A stretch of DNA of 64,000 nucleotides from Octopus vulgaris (taxonomy: Eukaryota): positions 55,614,001 to 55,678,000 of the forward strand of contig OX597822.1 in assembly GCA_951406725.2 (NCBI GenBank). Direction: 5' to 3'. Positions within the stretch are counted from its first letter, which is position 1. Each line of letters starts with the position of its first letter. Made by a program: the position numbers and the translations under genes. Below are positions 27,948 through 40,105 of the stretch, piece after piece. Under the pieces are notes generated by a model. That model saw nothing but the letters and a program-made list of their open reading frames with translations, did no database searches and was not told the origin of the DNA.

Positions 27948-29010
27948 AGATGCAAGATCTTTGTTGTCAACGAGACAAATAGTCTGGAATTGTACATCAA
28001 ACAGCAGAGTGAATCCTTGCTTGCCACTTTTAGAATTAACAATACATTACTTAAAGAAAATATGATGCACCCACAAACGTTTAAGAAACAAGATAATGAA
28101 GAAAGATTGAAACTACTGCATGGGCAATACCTCAGAGAAATCGAAGGAAAAGACAAGATGAACACTTGGAGATAGCTAAGAAAATGTGATCTGAAAGGAT
28201 GCACAGAGGCATTGGTATCCAGCGCCCAGTAAACAAGCTCTGAGAACTAATTACACCAAGTTCCAAATAGATAAGAGTAGCGAATCGTCCCCTTGTAGGA
28301 TGTGTGGCAGCAGAAACTAAACAGTTTCACATACTGTGAGTGCGTGTAATAAGCTGGCCCCAAAACACTACAAAAGGAGGTACGATAACGTGGCTAAGTT
28401 CGTCCACCGCAGGCTATGTAAAAAGTACGGCCTGAACAGCACAGAAAAGGTACGAATGTGAACCAGAAGGAGTCACCGAGAACAAGGAACATAAGATACT
28501 ATGGGATTTTATAATCCAAGGTGACTCCCTAATCGAGGCTCGGAGACCAGAAATTGCTGTGGTAGATAGAGGAAAAAAGGAAACCAAGATGATAGATATT
28601 GTAATACCTGGAGGTGCACGCATAAGTGACAAAAACACTAGAAAGGATTGGAGAGAACAGAATACTAAAAGTGGAAATTGCAAGAATGTGTACTATGAGG
28701 GGAGTGTCTGTCATTCCAGTAGTTGTCGGGGCACTGAGAGTACTAACAGCCAAGTTCGAGAAATATGTCAAAGAAATCGGAATTCACAAGAGACCAGAGC
28801 AAGCCCCCAAAACTGCTCTACTGGGGGCAGATAGGATATTGCGATTGATACTTGAATGTTGAATGGCTCCCACGATAATTAACAGCCAAGTATCAAAGCT
28901 TATAATGTGTGGAAAGAGACCCTATGAGAACTCTGACAGCAGGTTGCTGTCCACTCTCACAGAATCTAACAGAACAAACAAGACTGAACGTTCTGAGAAG
29001 TAAAACAATG
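27948..29010 (+). mobile_element. Degraded R4/Dong-like 3' fragment
   Basis: LHGQY, AQ*QALRTNY, CRMC...H..S.C, ILWDF, RRPEIAVV, MIDIVIP and IPVVVGAL motifs. Confidence 0.85.
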
Positions 29011-29019
29011 ACAAAAAGT

Positions 29020-29390
29020 AATCCTTTTTACTGGAGACACAAGGCCTCAAATTTTTGGTCAGGGGACTAGTCGATTACATCGACACGAGTGTTCAACTGG
29101 TACTTAATTTATCGACCTCGGTGGAATTTGAACTCAGATCGTTAAGTCAGACGAAATACTTATTTCCTTACTACCCACAAGGGTCTAAACACAGAGAGGA
29201 AAGCATGGACAGACAAACGGATTAAGTCGATTATATTGACCCCAGTGCATAACTGGTACTTATTTTATCGACCCCGAAAGGATGAAAGGCAAAGTCGACC
29301 ACGGCGGAATTTGAACTCAGAACGTAACGGCAGACGAAATACCGCTAAGCATTTCGCCCGGTGTGCTACCGGTTCTGCCAGCTCGCAGCC
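29020..29390 (-). mobile_element. SINE family B copy
   Basis: Homology to 11530-12230. Confidence 0.8.
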
Positions 29391-29418
29391 TCAACAACAA
29401 CAACAACAACAACAACAA

Positions 29419-31165
29419 TTCGTTCGTTTATTGGCCACAAGGGCTAACCAAAATCAATCAAGACATAAAGGGACAAAACACAGGACGGAAGTTACAAAGG
29501 GTTTTGTCCATTTAAAAAAGTCCGTGTGCAAAAGCAGGATAACAACGAAATGTAAGTAACAATTAAAACTCCCAATAGGGGGAAGCGCTTCGAAAGGTTA
29601 CTCGTGGAAAAACCCATAAAAGCCACGGGAGCCTGGTCAAAAGGGTGGTAGAGAACCCCTTCTTTTATATTTCTTTTTAATTTTCACAGGTGTATCCTCA
29701 GAATTGGTCCATTCATACTGGCCATTCTTGCGACATTCACCCACCTTTCAATAAACTTGCTACCAGACATCACTTCTCTCTCTACTCTCATCTTCCTTTT
29801 GATGAGGCCTTGGCCAAAGAGGAAAGTGTCTGACCGTAGACCTTTCAAACGGGTCCACCATATCACCTCTTTCGCTACATACACTAGGCAAAAGAAAACT
29901 GCCTTGCCCTCCCGGTTAAAGGAGGGGTAATCCTCACTATGGATTCAGCTGATAGCCGGATCCGTCCTATACGCGACAGTAGCTGTTCGACATAAACACA
30001 TAGTTCAGCAATACTCGGGCACTGGACGAGTGCGTGCAGAACGGTTTCGTCATCCTGGGCGCACCTCGGGCAGGCCCGTCTGACGGCACTTCCGTGCCGG
30101 TAGAGTTTATCCCGAACAGGCAGAGCCCCTCGGAACCTTTGGAAATTATCCATTGGCCCTGGCCCGAAAGTTCTCTCGAACAGACTGTTTAGCTCGTTAT
30201 CGTCAACGCCTAGAGTTTCCCCGAGAACGTCGTCGCACTTTTCTTCCACTAACCCTCTATAGAACGCTAGAGTAGAACCACTACCGATCGCATTGCCCGC
30301 CTGGTGGAGGGCGGAGAGAGCTTGACGGCACTCGAGGTGCCAAGCGCCCTTTCTCGGTCTGCGTTTGGTCCAAGACTGTAACTCTGTCAAAGAGACAAGC
30401 TGCGGAAAGTCGTGTTTGACAAAAGATGACCACACCTGTTCACCGTCTTGGAAACACTTGAGATGCCGTAGCCTGAGCGCATGTCTGCGCATCAATAACC
30501 ACGGCATGCCAAGGCCTCAGTTCAGCGGCCGTTGACAGCAGATGGATCGCCTGACAGCAGATGGATCGCAAGAAGTCGAAGAGCAAGCGCACCAGCTTGG
30601 CCAACCAGCGGTCGGGACAAGGGAGGACGGTAAATCGGTAATAGATGACGGATGCGATGTACGCATTCGCCACCTCCACTCGACCTTTCAGGGACAGCTT
30701 CCTCTCGGCCCATTTCTGGGTGAGACTGGCCACCCTGTTCGTCACCTCTTCCCAGTTTTTATCCAACTGGAGGTCTGGACCGAACCAGACCCCGAGCAGT
30801 TTAATGGGTCCGTCTGTCCAGCGCCCTACGACACTGTTAGACGGCATGAATTTACCTCTCCAGGTGCCCAGTTGCAAACCCACGGACTTTTCTGGGTTAA
30901 TATTTGCACCTGTCGCCGCTTCGTACTCGTTTAGTGTCTCGCCAATCAGGTCAATGTGCCTGTGACTCGACACCATCACGGTGACGTCGTCGGCATAGGC
31001 AGACACGCTGTTTCCACCTCCTAGATCGCGCCGGATACCCCTCAAACCTCCAACTTGCGCAGTAATAGCTCGAGAGTCAATACGCACAAGAAGGAGGAGA
31101 GAGGGCATCCTTGGCGAACCGAACGCGAGATGTCAAGCGGTTCCGAAAGGTGACCGTTCACCAGC
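29419..31165 (-). mobile_element. L1/Tx1-clade LINE 3' part (RT + CCHC zinc finger), frameshifted
   Basis: RSVRQGCPLS, SAYADDV, LLGVWFG, ALPVRDKL and CPRC...ETVLHALVQC. The 3' end abuts (TTG)n and the 5' break lies in (TAA)n. Confidence 0.88.
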
Positions 31166-31279
<114 letters not shown>

Positions 31280-32301
31280 GGAGAGCAAAAAAATTTTAAA
31301 GTGAGGCAACAGTAGTTGCAAAGAAGGTGAAATAAATAGCAAAGCAAAATGCGTTTGAACAATTGGCTGATAGGTGGGGACAAAACCTCTGCATGTCAAA
31401 TTTGTGGCCCGTAGCAAACAAGCTAATGTAGACTAGAAACACACTCATCAGTGGCTATGGAGCTCAGGGCTAAAGGCCCTAGTGTTCAACTAGCACTTAT
31501 TTTATCTTCCCCCGAAAGGATGAAAGGCAAAGCCGACCTCGGTAACACAATGACAATAATGATGTTAAAATGGATAAGCACAGGAGAGAGGGAGGCGAAG
31601 AAAAAAGCAAGGGCATGTTGATGGCAGTAAAATATGAAGTTAACAGTAACGGAACAAAACTCCATAAGCTATTGAAAAATGTCAAGGTCAACCGAGAAAT
31701 GCTATTGGAATATTGTAATCTAGAACAATAAATTTCGCGTGAATAAGAAATATGAATAAGAAACTGGCCCAATTCATGGAGAAATATCATTCAGGTATAT
31801 CGTTTCTTAAAATTGTACTCCTATTAAATATATTCTCGTTACTCACCCCCACCACACACTCATCCTCTCTCTCGCACACATACACACACACATTTTCTCT
31901 CTCTCTCTCTCTCTCTCTCTTACGCTCTGTCTTCTCCTCCACCCCATCCTACAGACATTCTAATACGTTTCAGTCTGGCTGGTATTGCTGCGTCTTCCTC
32001 TTTCCTTTTTTTCTCTCTGTTATTCACCATTAATACCACTATTAACATTGTTGGCAAAGCTTTGATTGTGTGGCCGTTGTTACCATTCACATCTCTTTCT
32101 TTACTACCCACAAGGGGCTAAACATAGAGGAGACAAACAAGGACAGACACACGGATTAAGCAGATTATATCGACTCCAGTGCGTAACTGGTACTTTATTT
32201 ATCGACCCCGGCGGTCGCACATCACTAACACTAGCAATACGAGTCCGAATACCACCATCATCATTATCACCACTATGTTAGCCCATCGTGTATATACATA
32301 C

Positions 32302-32373
<72 letters not shown>

Positions 32374-32378
<5 letters not shown>

Positions 32379-32972
32379 TAAGGTAAATGTTTTTGATTTT
32401 CCTTTGTTTTCTGAATTACTACTATTTAGCGGTTTGAGTAAGGCTGCTCTTTCCGGTGAGACGAATGGCCTACCAGGGCCATTCCTTTATATTGTTGAAA
32501 TTATATATATATAGTCTATGACTATTTTCTCTTTCTCACTAGACCGCTGGTGGCGAAACAAATTTCTATTGAATTTTTTGCTACCCTTATATTGATTAAT
32601 TAATGATTTTTTGACTAATTCTGAAATTAAATCAGCAGTTTATATTTGCTGCTGACAAGTTGGCGCGATTACGGTAGATTTTGAAAAGTTAGAGTATATA
32701 TTCCCGAGGCATCGTTGAGGCTGCCTCGTGGAATATTTATTCCTCCTGGCTTCCTTGCCGATGAGACGAGCCAGTGGTAGATTGACTTGATTTAATTTAA
32801 TTAGGCTGGTTTGCCATAAAATACGTCGAAACTATGCATTGTCCAAGGATGATTAAGGTAAATGTTTTTGATTTTCCTTTGATTTCTGAATTACTACTAT
32901 TTAGCGGTTTGAGTATGGCTGCTCTTTCTGGTGAGACGAATGGCCTACCAGGGCCATTTCTTTATATTGTAG

Positions 32973-32980
<8 letters not shown>
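32374..32980 (+). mobile_element. Non-coding retrozyme/pLTR-like element: 475-bp unit plus ~130-bp direct repeat
   Basis: 32374-32505 is repeated at 32849-32980, with an HHR at the junction and (TA)n on both sides. Confidence 0.75.
32752..32849 (+). ncRNA. Type-I hammerhead ribozyme with 55-nt structured stem-II insertion
   Basis: TCCTTG-CCGATGA-GACG...CGTC-GAAA-CTATGCATT-GTC-CAAGGA; 6-bp stem I; GUC triplet at 32841-32843. Confidence 0.8.
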
Positions 32981-33060
<80 letters not shown>

Positions 33061-33062
<2 letters not shown>

Positions 33063-33465
33063 CGTAGGAGTGGCTGTGTGGTAAACAGCTTGCTTACCAA
33101 CTACATGGTTCCGGGTTCATTCCCACTGCGTGGGCAAGTGTCTTCTACTATAGCCTCGGGCCGACCAAAGCCTTGTGAGTGCATTTGGTAGACGGAAACT
33201 GAAAGAAGCCCGTCGTATATATGTATATTGTGTGTGTATGTATATGCTTATGTGACTGTGTTTGTCCCCTCCCAAAATGGCTTGACAACTGATGGTGGTG
33301 TGTTTACGTCTCCGTAACTTAGCGATTCGGCAAAAGAGGCCGATAGAATAAGTACTAGGCTTACAAAGAATAAGTCCTGGGGTCGATTTGCTCGACTAAA
33401 GGTGGTGCTCCAGCATGGCCGCAGTCAAAAGACTGAAACAAGTAAAGGAATTAACGAATAAAAGA
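33061..33465 (+). mobile_element. SINE family A full-length copy
   Basis: Family A head, body and tail. Confidence 0.85.
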
Positions 33466-33479
33466 ATATATATATACAC

Positions 33480-33529
<50 letters not shown>

Positions 33530-34467
33530 ACAATTTAATAAATAAAACATATGCATACATACATGTACATACCTACATGTATATGTATATATACATGCAT
33601 ATATGAGTACAGGACACCACAAATAAACGTAGAACACAACGAGAAACGAAAACACAAAACCAAACAAGGAAACGGACTTATTTAACAACGAAAAAACAGA
33701 GTACAAGACAAACAACACAAGGAACATTCCCCTTCTTCAGCTGCCCCTGTTTCGACTCAATGCGTATATGTATAATAATAAAATAATTTATAAATATATG
33801 CATATATACATACATATATGTACATACCTACATCTATATGTATATATACATGCATATATGGGTACAGGACATAAAAAAAACGTAAAAAGAAAACATAAAA
33901 ACAAAAACATGGAAACGAACTATTTTTCAAACAACGAAAGAACAGAGTACTAGACATACAACACAAGGAATATTCCCCTTCTTCAGTTGTCCCTGTTTCG
34001 TCTACTCCGCGTTTCCGAAGGTAAGGACAAGACACGACTTCGTTGAAACAGTCCTTTCCGCAAAGCAAATTAAATAAAATTTGGGATTTTTTGCGGAGGG
34101 GTAAAAGTGGTAACAAGAACAGGACAGTAAGAACAAAACAAGACAGTAGAAAGACAATTAAAGTAAAAACAGTAAAAGACAGAACAAAGAGAATAACACA
34201 GTAAAAACAAACGATGGGGGTCGTTAAGCCGAGACGATGGAAAAATTATTTTGAACGCTTGAGGAGACAGCTTATTATGAGAGAGACAGGATTAGCAGTC
34301 TTATCTTGGTGAAGATAGCAGTCGGAAAGATGGCTTCCCTCTGGTCAGTGACGAGAGTCGAGGAGGAGGAGGAGGAGTAAGAGAGAAGGAACAGTGAAGG
34401 GGACAGCCCTCATCGTTTGTTTGTACTGTGTTATTCTCTTTGTTCTGTCTTTTTCCAAGTAAGTTTT

Positions 34468-34537
<70 letters not shown>

Positions 34538-34962
34538 TATACATTATATAAAAATAATTGAGATTCATTTGAATTAGGTACGTAAGTTGAAGCACCAAGT
34601 TAGTGTAGCATTATCCTTACAACTCAAAGTAAGGTGAATAAAATCGAAATAAGCAACAGGATATCAAGTAGTACGACCGTTTCAAGCGGCTCTATTTAAT
34701 TGAACAATGCAATCATTACATCAATTTAAATGCAGGGCTATCCACAGCTGCATAAATAGAATTTTTTAATCAGTTGGACACACTAATATAATAATACTCA
34801 AATTCTCTAATAGAGCAAGAAGAGGGAGAAAGTCCATGTTGTTACTAATGTGACTCAGAATATACTACACTTTCTAAGAACTGTATGAAGTTTGTTAGGG
34901 TCATAGCTTTTAAAGGATTATGGTTTATTTTTAATTTATTAGTCTTTATTTATCAACTACTG

Positions 34963-35101
34963 AATCTGAGGCTAGAGGACAGCGTCTGTTTAGAATAGAT
35001 AGAAAGAGTGAGTTGGTAATATTTATGACCATACCCAACTATAAACTGCCAACTCACTATGTCTACCCATTCTAAACAGACACTGTCCTGTAGCCTTAGA
35101 T
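34963..35101. repeat. Imperfect ~55-bp inverted repeat (hairpin)
   Basis: aatctgaggctagaggacagcgtctgtttagaat... versus ...attctaaacagacactgtcctgtagccttagatt. Confidence 0.85.
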
Positions 35102-35994
35102 TAGGAAGTTAAAAGTTATTGTCGGTCATAGAGTGACTATTAATTTCGCACCAGTGTGAGTGTGTGTGTTTGTGTCTGATGTTGTCACTCACCGCCGCTT
35201 AACAACTGTTATTGGTGTGTTTGGCTCCGCGCAACTTAGCGGTTCGTCAACAGAGCACAATAGAATAAGTATCGGGCTTTAAAAAGAAAAAAATACAGGG
35301 GCTGATTCATTCGACTAAAAATCCTTCAATGCGGTGCCCCTGCTTGGCCAACTCTAATCACTGAAACAAGTAAAGGATAAAAGATAGAAGATATCTGTAT
35401 GTGCGTGAGGAATTGACTCTATTTAAAGTTCAGAAACTTTTGATTATATTCGTCTGTGTAGCGAATTAATCCCGATAAATTTCTTTTTACACTTTCTGTT
35501 TCTAAGAAGAAGAAAATTGTTTGTGTGATGGATAGGGCCTTATCTGTATAGACTAATTTTTCATAGATGATGATCTTAACTACAACATCATTGTAGTAGG
35601 AGAGTGCCCTGCTGAAGATATTGCAGCTGGACGGAAGATAACTCAGAGACTTCTGTAATTATTCGGGCTACGAATTTAATGATTATTAACACCGAATGTT
35701 TGGGGTAAATCATACCTTCATCGGGTTTTCTTAAAAGGATGCATAGATCTTTTATCTTTTACTTGTTTCAGTCATTAGACTGCAGCCATGCTGGGGTGCC
35801 GCCTTGAATTTTTAGTTGAATGAATAGACCCCAATACTTTTTTTAAGGCTGATACTTACGGTCTTTGTGGTTTTCGGCACAGTTTACAATTTTGTTCGAA
35901 TTGTTTTCAAATTTGGTATATGGATTAAGTTTTGTATACTAATTATGAAAATGAAATTAATTTTCCCTATAAGTCCGTAATTGAAAAGTTATTA

Positions 35995-36150
35995 GGAGCG
36001 GCTCTGTGGTATGTAGCTTGCTTACCAAACACATGGTTTCGGGTTCAGTCCCACTGCGTGGCACCTTGGGCAAGTGTCTTCTACTATAGCCTCGGACCGA
36101 CCAAAGCCTTGTGAGTGGATTTGGCAGACGGAAACTGAAAGAAGCTCGTT
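35995..36150 (+). mobile_element. SINE family A 5' half
   Basis: Family A head. Confidence 0.8.
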
Positions 36151-36297
36151 GTATATATAAATATATATATGTGTGTGTGTGTGCGAATATTTGCAGACAC
36201 AGTACATGAGAATGTATTAATGTTTATGGGTCGAAATGTGTCCATATGTATATGTATGTGTATGTATGTTTTTGTATGTATATGTGTATTCATGGGT

Positions 36298-36342
<45 letters not shown>

Positions 36343-37700
36343 TTTCTTATACGTATGAGTGCGTATATATATATTTAAATATGTATATGCGAATGTCTGC
36401 AGACACAGTATATGAGAGTGTATTAATGTTTATAGATATGTGCGGATGTGCGTGTGAGTATGTGTGTGAGTGTATAAACGCTGCTATAGCTTTCCCTGCC
36501 TGCGCTGGTTTATCTATACGCCACTCGATGACAGACATATATTTTGTAATTTAGTAAATATATGTGGATATGTCGAAATGTATTCATATGTATATACATG
36601 TGTATGTATATTATTGTATGGATATGTATATTCATGGTTGGATATATATGTATATGTTTTTCTTATACGTATGAGTACGCAAATGCATATTTGAATGTGT
36701 ATATAAGTATATGCGAATGTTTGCAGACACATTCAATGTTACAGTTTTTCAACTTAATATTGTGATAATTACAATGTAGAAAAACATACACATATTAATA
36801 CCTAAATGCAGATATATAGAGTCAAGAGTACATTATATTAATTCTTATTAATTTCCAAAATGTCATTAATGTTAGCATCATTATCATTGTCATTACCACT
36901 AATGCTACCAATATCATCATTCACATTATTATTAATAACGCTAATACTAGAAAAACAATACATAGATTCCATTACATTAAGATCCACAGGTGCACATATG
37001 TAAGTCCGAGTTCAAGTTTATAATTTTCCTTGTGACATAAATACACTATTACTTTCAGAAATGGTTACGGATCTAGCGCTAAAATATGATTGGCTTGTGG
37101 ATTTGAATTTAAATTACCATTGTCTTTCTTACGGTTGGTTTATTGAGTGCGTTAGATTTCTACTACACCAGCGTAGGCATGGGAAAAACTATACCAACAT
37201 TTGTACACACACACATACACGCGCACATCCGCACATATACATATACATATACACTCTCATGCACTGTGTCACTAATGTAGTTAAAACTATGGTTATTTAT
37301 CAAAAACGAAGATCCATTACACTTTTTTAGATATGTTTTTTGTATTGAAAGAGAGCCTCCTCTGCATACAAGATTACCGAGAGGTGCCCACTTGTATTGA
37401 GTGCCACATACGCTTCATAGCTGGAGGGTCCAATATCTATTGCTTTCTTCACCCCCACCCCTGTAAATCCAGCCCTGCAGCAACCCCCAGACCTACTGTA
37501 ACTTTTACAGAAGCTGCCATTATTACTACTGCTACTACTTAGACTAAAAACAAACCCACTTTGCTACCTACCCTATTCCCTATTCCTAAACCAGCCACAA
37601 TTCCCATGGGAATTAATTGTAGTTCCTTTTCGGACATTAACAGATAAAAATGGATACATATATCTGTGAATGCTTGTGTGTGTGTGTTTATATGTGTGAA

Positions 37701-38082
37701 GGCGCCATGGCCCAGTGGTTAGAGCAGCGGACTCGCGGTCATAGGATCGCGGTTTCGATTCCCAGACCGGGCATTGTGAGTGTTTATTAAGCGAAAACAT
37801 CTAAAAGCTCCGCGAGGCTCCGGCAGGTGATGGTAGCGAACCCTGCTGTACTCTTTCACCACAACTTTCTGTCACACTTTCTTCCTGTTTCTTTTGTGCC
37901 TGTAATTCAAAGAGCCAGCCTTGTCACACTCTGTGCCATGCTGAATATCCCCGAGAACTACGTTAAGGGTACACGAGCCTGTGGAGTGCTCAGCCACTTG
38001 CACGTTAATTTCACGAGCAGGCTGTTCCGTTGATCGGATCAACTAGAACCCTCGTCGTCGTAAGCGACGAAGTGCCAACAAG
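37701..38082 (+). mobile_element. tRNA-derived SINE family C (tRNA-Arg-like head)
   Basis: A box tggcccagtgg, B box ggtttcgattcc, loop gactcgcggtc, then a non-tRNA body and caacaa tail. Confidence 0.75.
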
Positions 38083-38111
38083 AACAAGTGTTTATGTGTG
38101 AGTGTGTGAAA

Positions 38112-38156
<45 letters not shown>

Positions 38157-39561
38157 TATGGGTACATATAAAGATAGATAAAGAGATTAATAGAAAGAAG
38201 TTATTTATTGTCTCTAGTTCAGATTACTTTCAATGCATCAGATTATTTGCAATGCATTAAATACACACACACACACACACACACATGCACGCAAATACGC
38301 ATGCACATATTGCCATTATAAATTTCATTATTTCAGTGAGGCATTGAAAACTGTCTATTTTACAAAAGAGCAAGTAATATGTTCCAAAAATTAAATTTTG
38401 AACTTAGTTTTAATAATATAATTATACATCACAACAGTTCAAAGCATTTTTTTCCAGCTTTAGAATTATTGTTCTTACGTTCACATGTTTTCATTAAACC
38501 GAATCTTTTTCTTTCTTTTTTCAATATTTTTGTCAAATACTTGAAATAACTACAGGGGAGTGGGGTATAATGGGTAACTGGGGCAAAATGAGTAATGATT
38601 AATATCTCGTTATTTTCTCAATACCTGTTTGAAACCATTACATTGCAAGTATTGCATCACTATGTTGTACTCTTGCATCATCTGTGGAAGTAAAAATTGC
38701 CCACCACAGTTGTTGCAGTTGCGACAGTTTGAAACAGGTAATAAGTACTTCTTTTCAAGAAAATTTTCCTCATCTTTGACCCAATTGTAATTGAGGTTGC
38801 TAATAAAATATCTAGATAATTTTTGATGTTTAAACGATCCAAATTCTTTTCTCTGTTGGATTCCAGGTCAATTTATTTCAACACTAATGTCTAATTTGAT
38901 AATTTTTCAACTTTCAAAAACTGATTCTATACTGGGCCAAAATGAGTAATGACTAATTTCAATAATTTTATAGTGCACAAATGTATCAGGAAGAGAGCCA
39001 GGTGGAATGCTGCTTTAAGTACCCCATATAACATCTCATAAGTTTTTCTAGTTTTTGGAATTTTCAGAAAATTTTTGCGAATTCGTATTTTATACATGGG
39101 AACTCATACGACTATGAAAAAACAAAAAACGAAAATAGAGTTTTTTTTGTATCTGATTTAAGGGCTAGTTAGCTGTTATTTTTAGCACATCTCACGACCA
39201 CCTGATACCCTCCTTATTTCTTTGTGACTTTGACTTATTGATGTTTTTAAATATGCTTCTCTCTATAAACACGCTTAATGGTCTATTGCCGGGATTTAAT
39301 TCAACATTTTGTAATTAAAAACTAAGAAATTCGAAAAATCATAAAATTTTTTTCATAGTTATATGAATCCTCGTGTATTTTGAAAATTCCAAAAAATTAA
39401 AAAAGCATTGAGGTGGGGGTGCTTAAACCAGAATTCTTGAGAGAGCCACTCCAGCTGATCATGAAGAAGTTATAGAGAATATTTTATGTTGAATTTTTTG
39501 ATTTAGTCAAGTATTATGCCATTTTCCCATGATTCCCTTTCATTTGATCTGGATATTGATG

Positions 39562-39972
39562 TGTAACAGGATCTGGAATCGGTATCACTGAAGGGGTGTT
39601 CGATCCGATCCTGTTACATTCAATTTAGTTAGATATAACAGACGAAGTCAGGTTATCTGGGAAAGACAGCAGTGTTGTTTATTATTCGTGATGGTGTACG
39701 AATTTCTGAAGGGAAAACGACAGCCGAATCTGTTGTACAGCTTCTTGTTGGTTGGTTGAAGTGATTCGATGTCGTCCGCGGCTAAGTCGGTATAGTTATC
39801 AGAGACTACCGTCTGTTCCCGAGGGCTGAAATGGCCAGAGAGAGTGATCGAGTTTACTGGGCCTTAGGGGTCAGTTTCCCGCACATGCGCATGGGGAAGA
39901 CTTCCGGTGGCCACCCGGAAGTAGTCCCATTCTGCGCATGCGCGCTGAACCTTACACAGTAACATCACTACA
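39562..39972 (-). repeat. 3' LTR
   Basis: Differs from the 5' LTR by about 4 substitutions and one 8-nt indel. The PPT (minus gagggggagcca) is adjacent at 39973-39984. Confidence 0.95.
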
Positions 39973-40105
39973 TGGCTCCCCCTCGAGTGCGGAAGTACGA
40001 AAACAAGAAAATTTGTAGTGGTGCTGCAGAAAAACAGATGGTTTGCCGATCCCCCAGAAGATTTGGTACATAATATCATACAAAAACAAGAAATTTGAAA
40101 GAAAG

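Noticed and set aside
33985-34065. HHR-like arrangement on the minus strand (TCAACGA-A-GTC...GAC-GAAACAGG)
   Set aside because: Core too divergent, with no stem III or valid cleavage triplet.
37701-37775. tRNA gene
   Set aside because: Acceptor stem does not close properly and the sequence continues into a SINE body.
39562-39972. All LTR-LTR substitutions are A/G or T/C transitions (possible editing signature)
   Set aside because: Only about 4 sites with mixed strand polarity; ordinary transition bias suffices.
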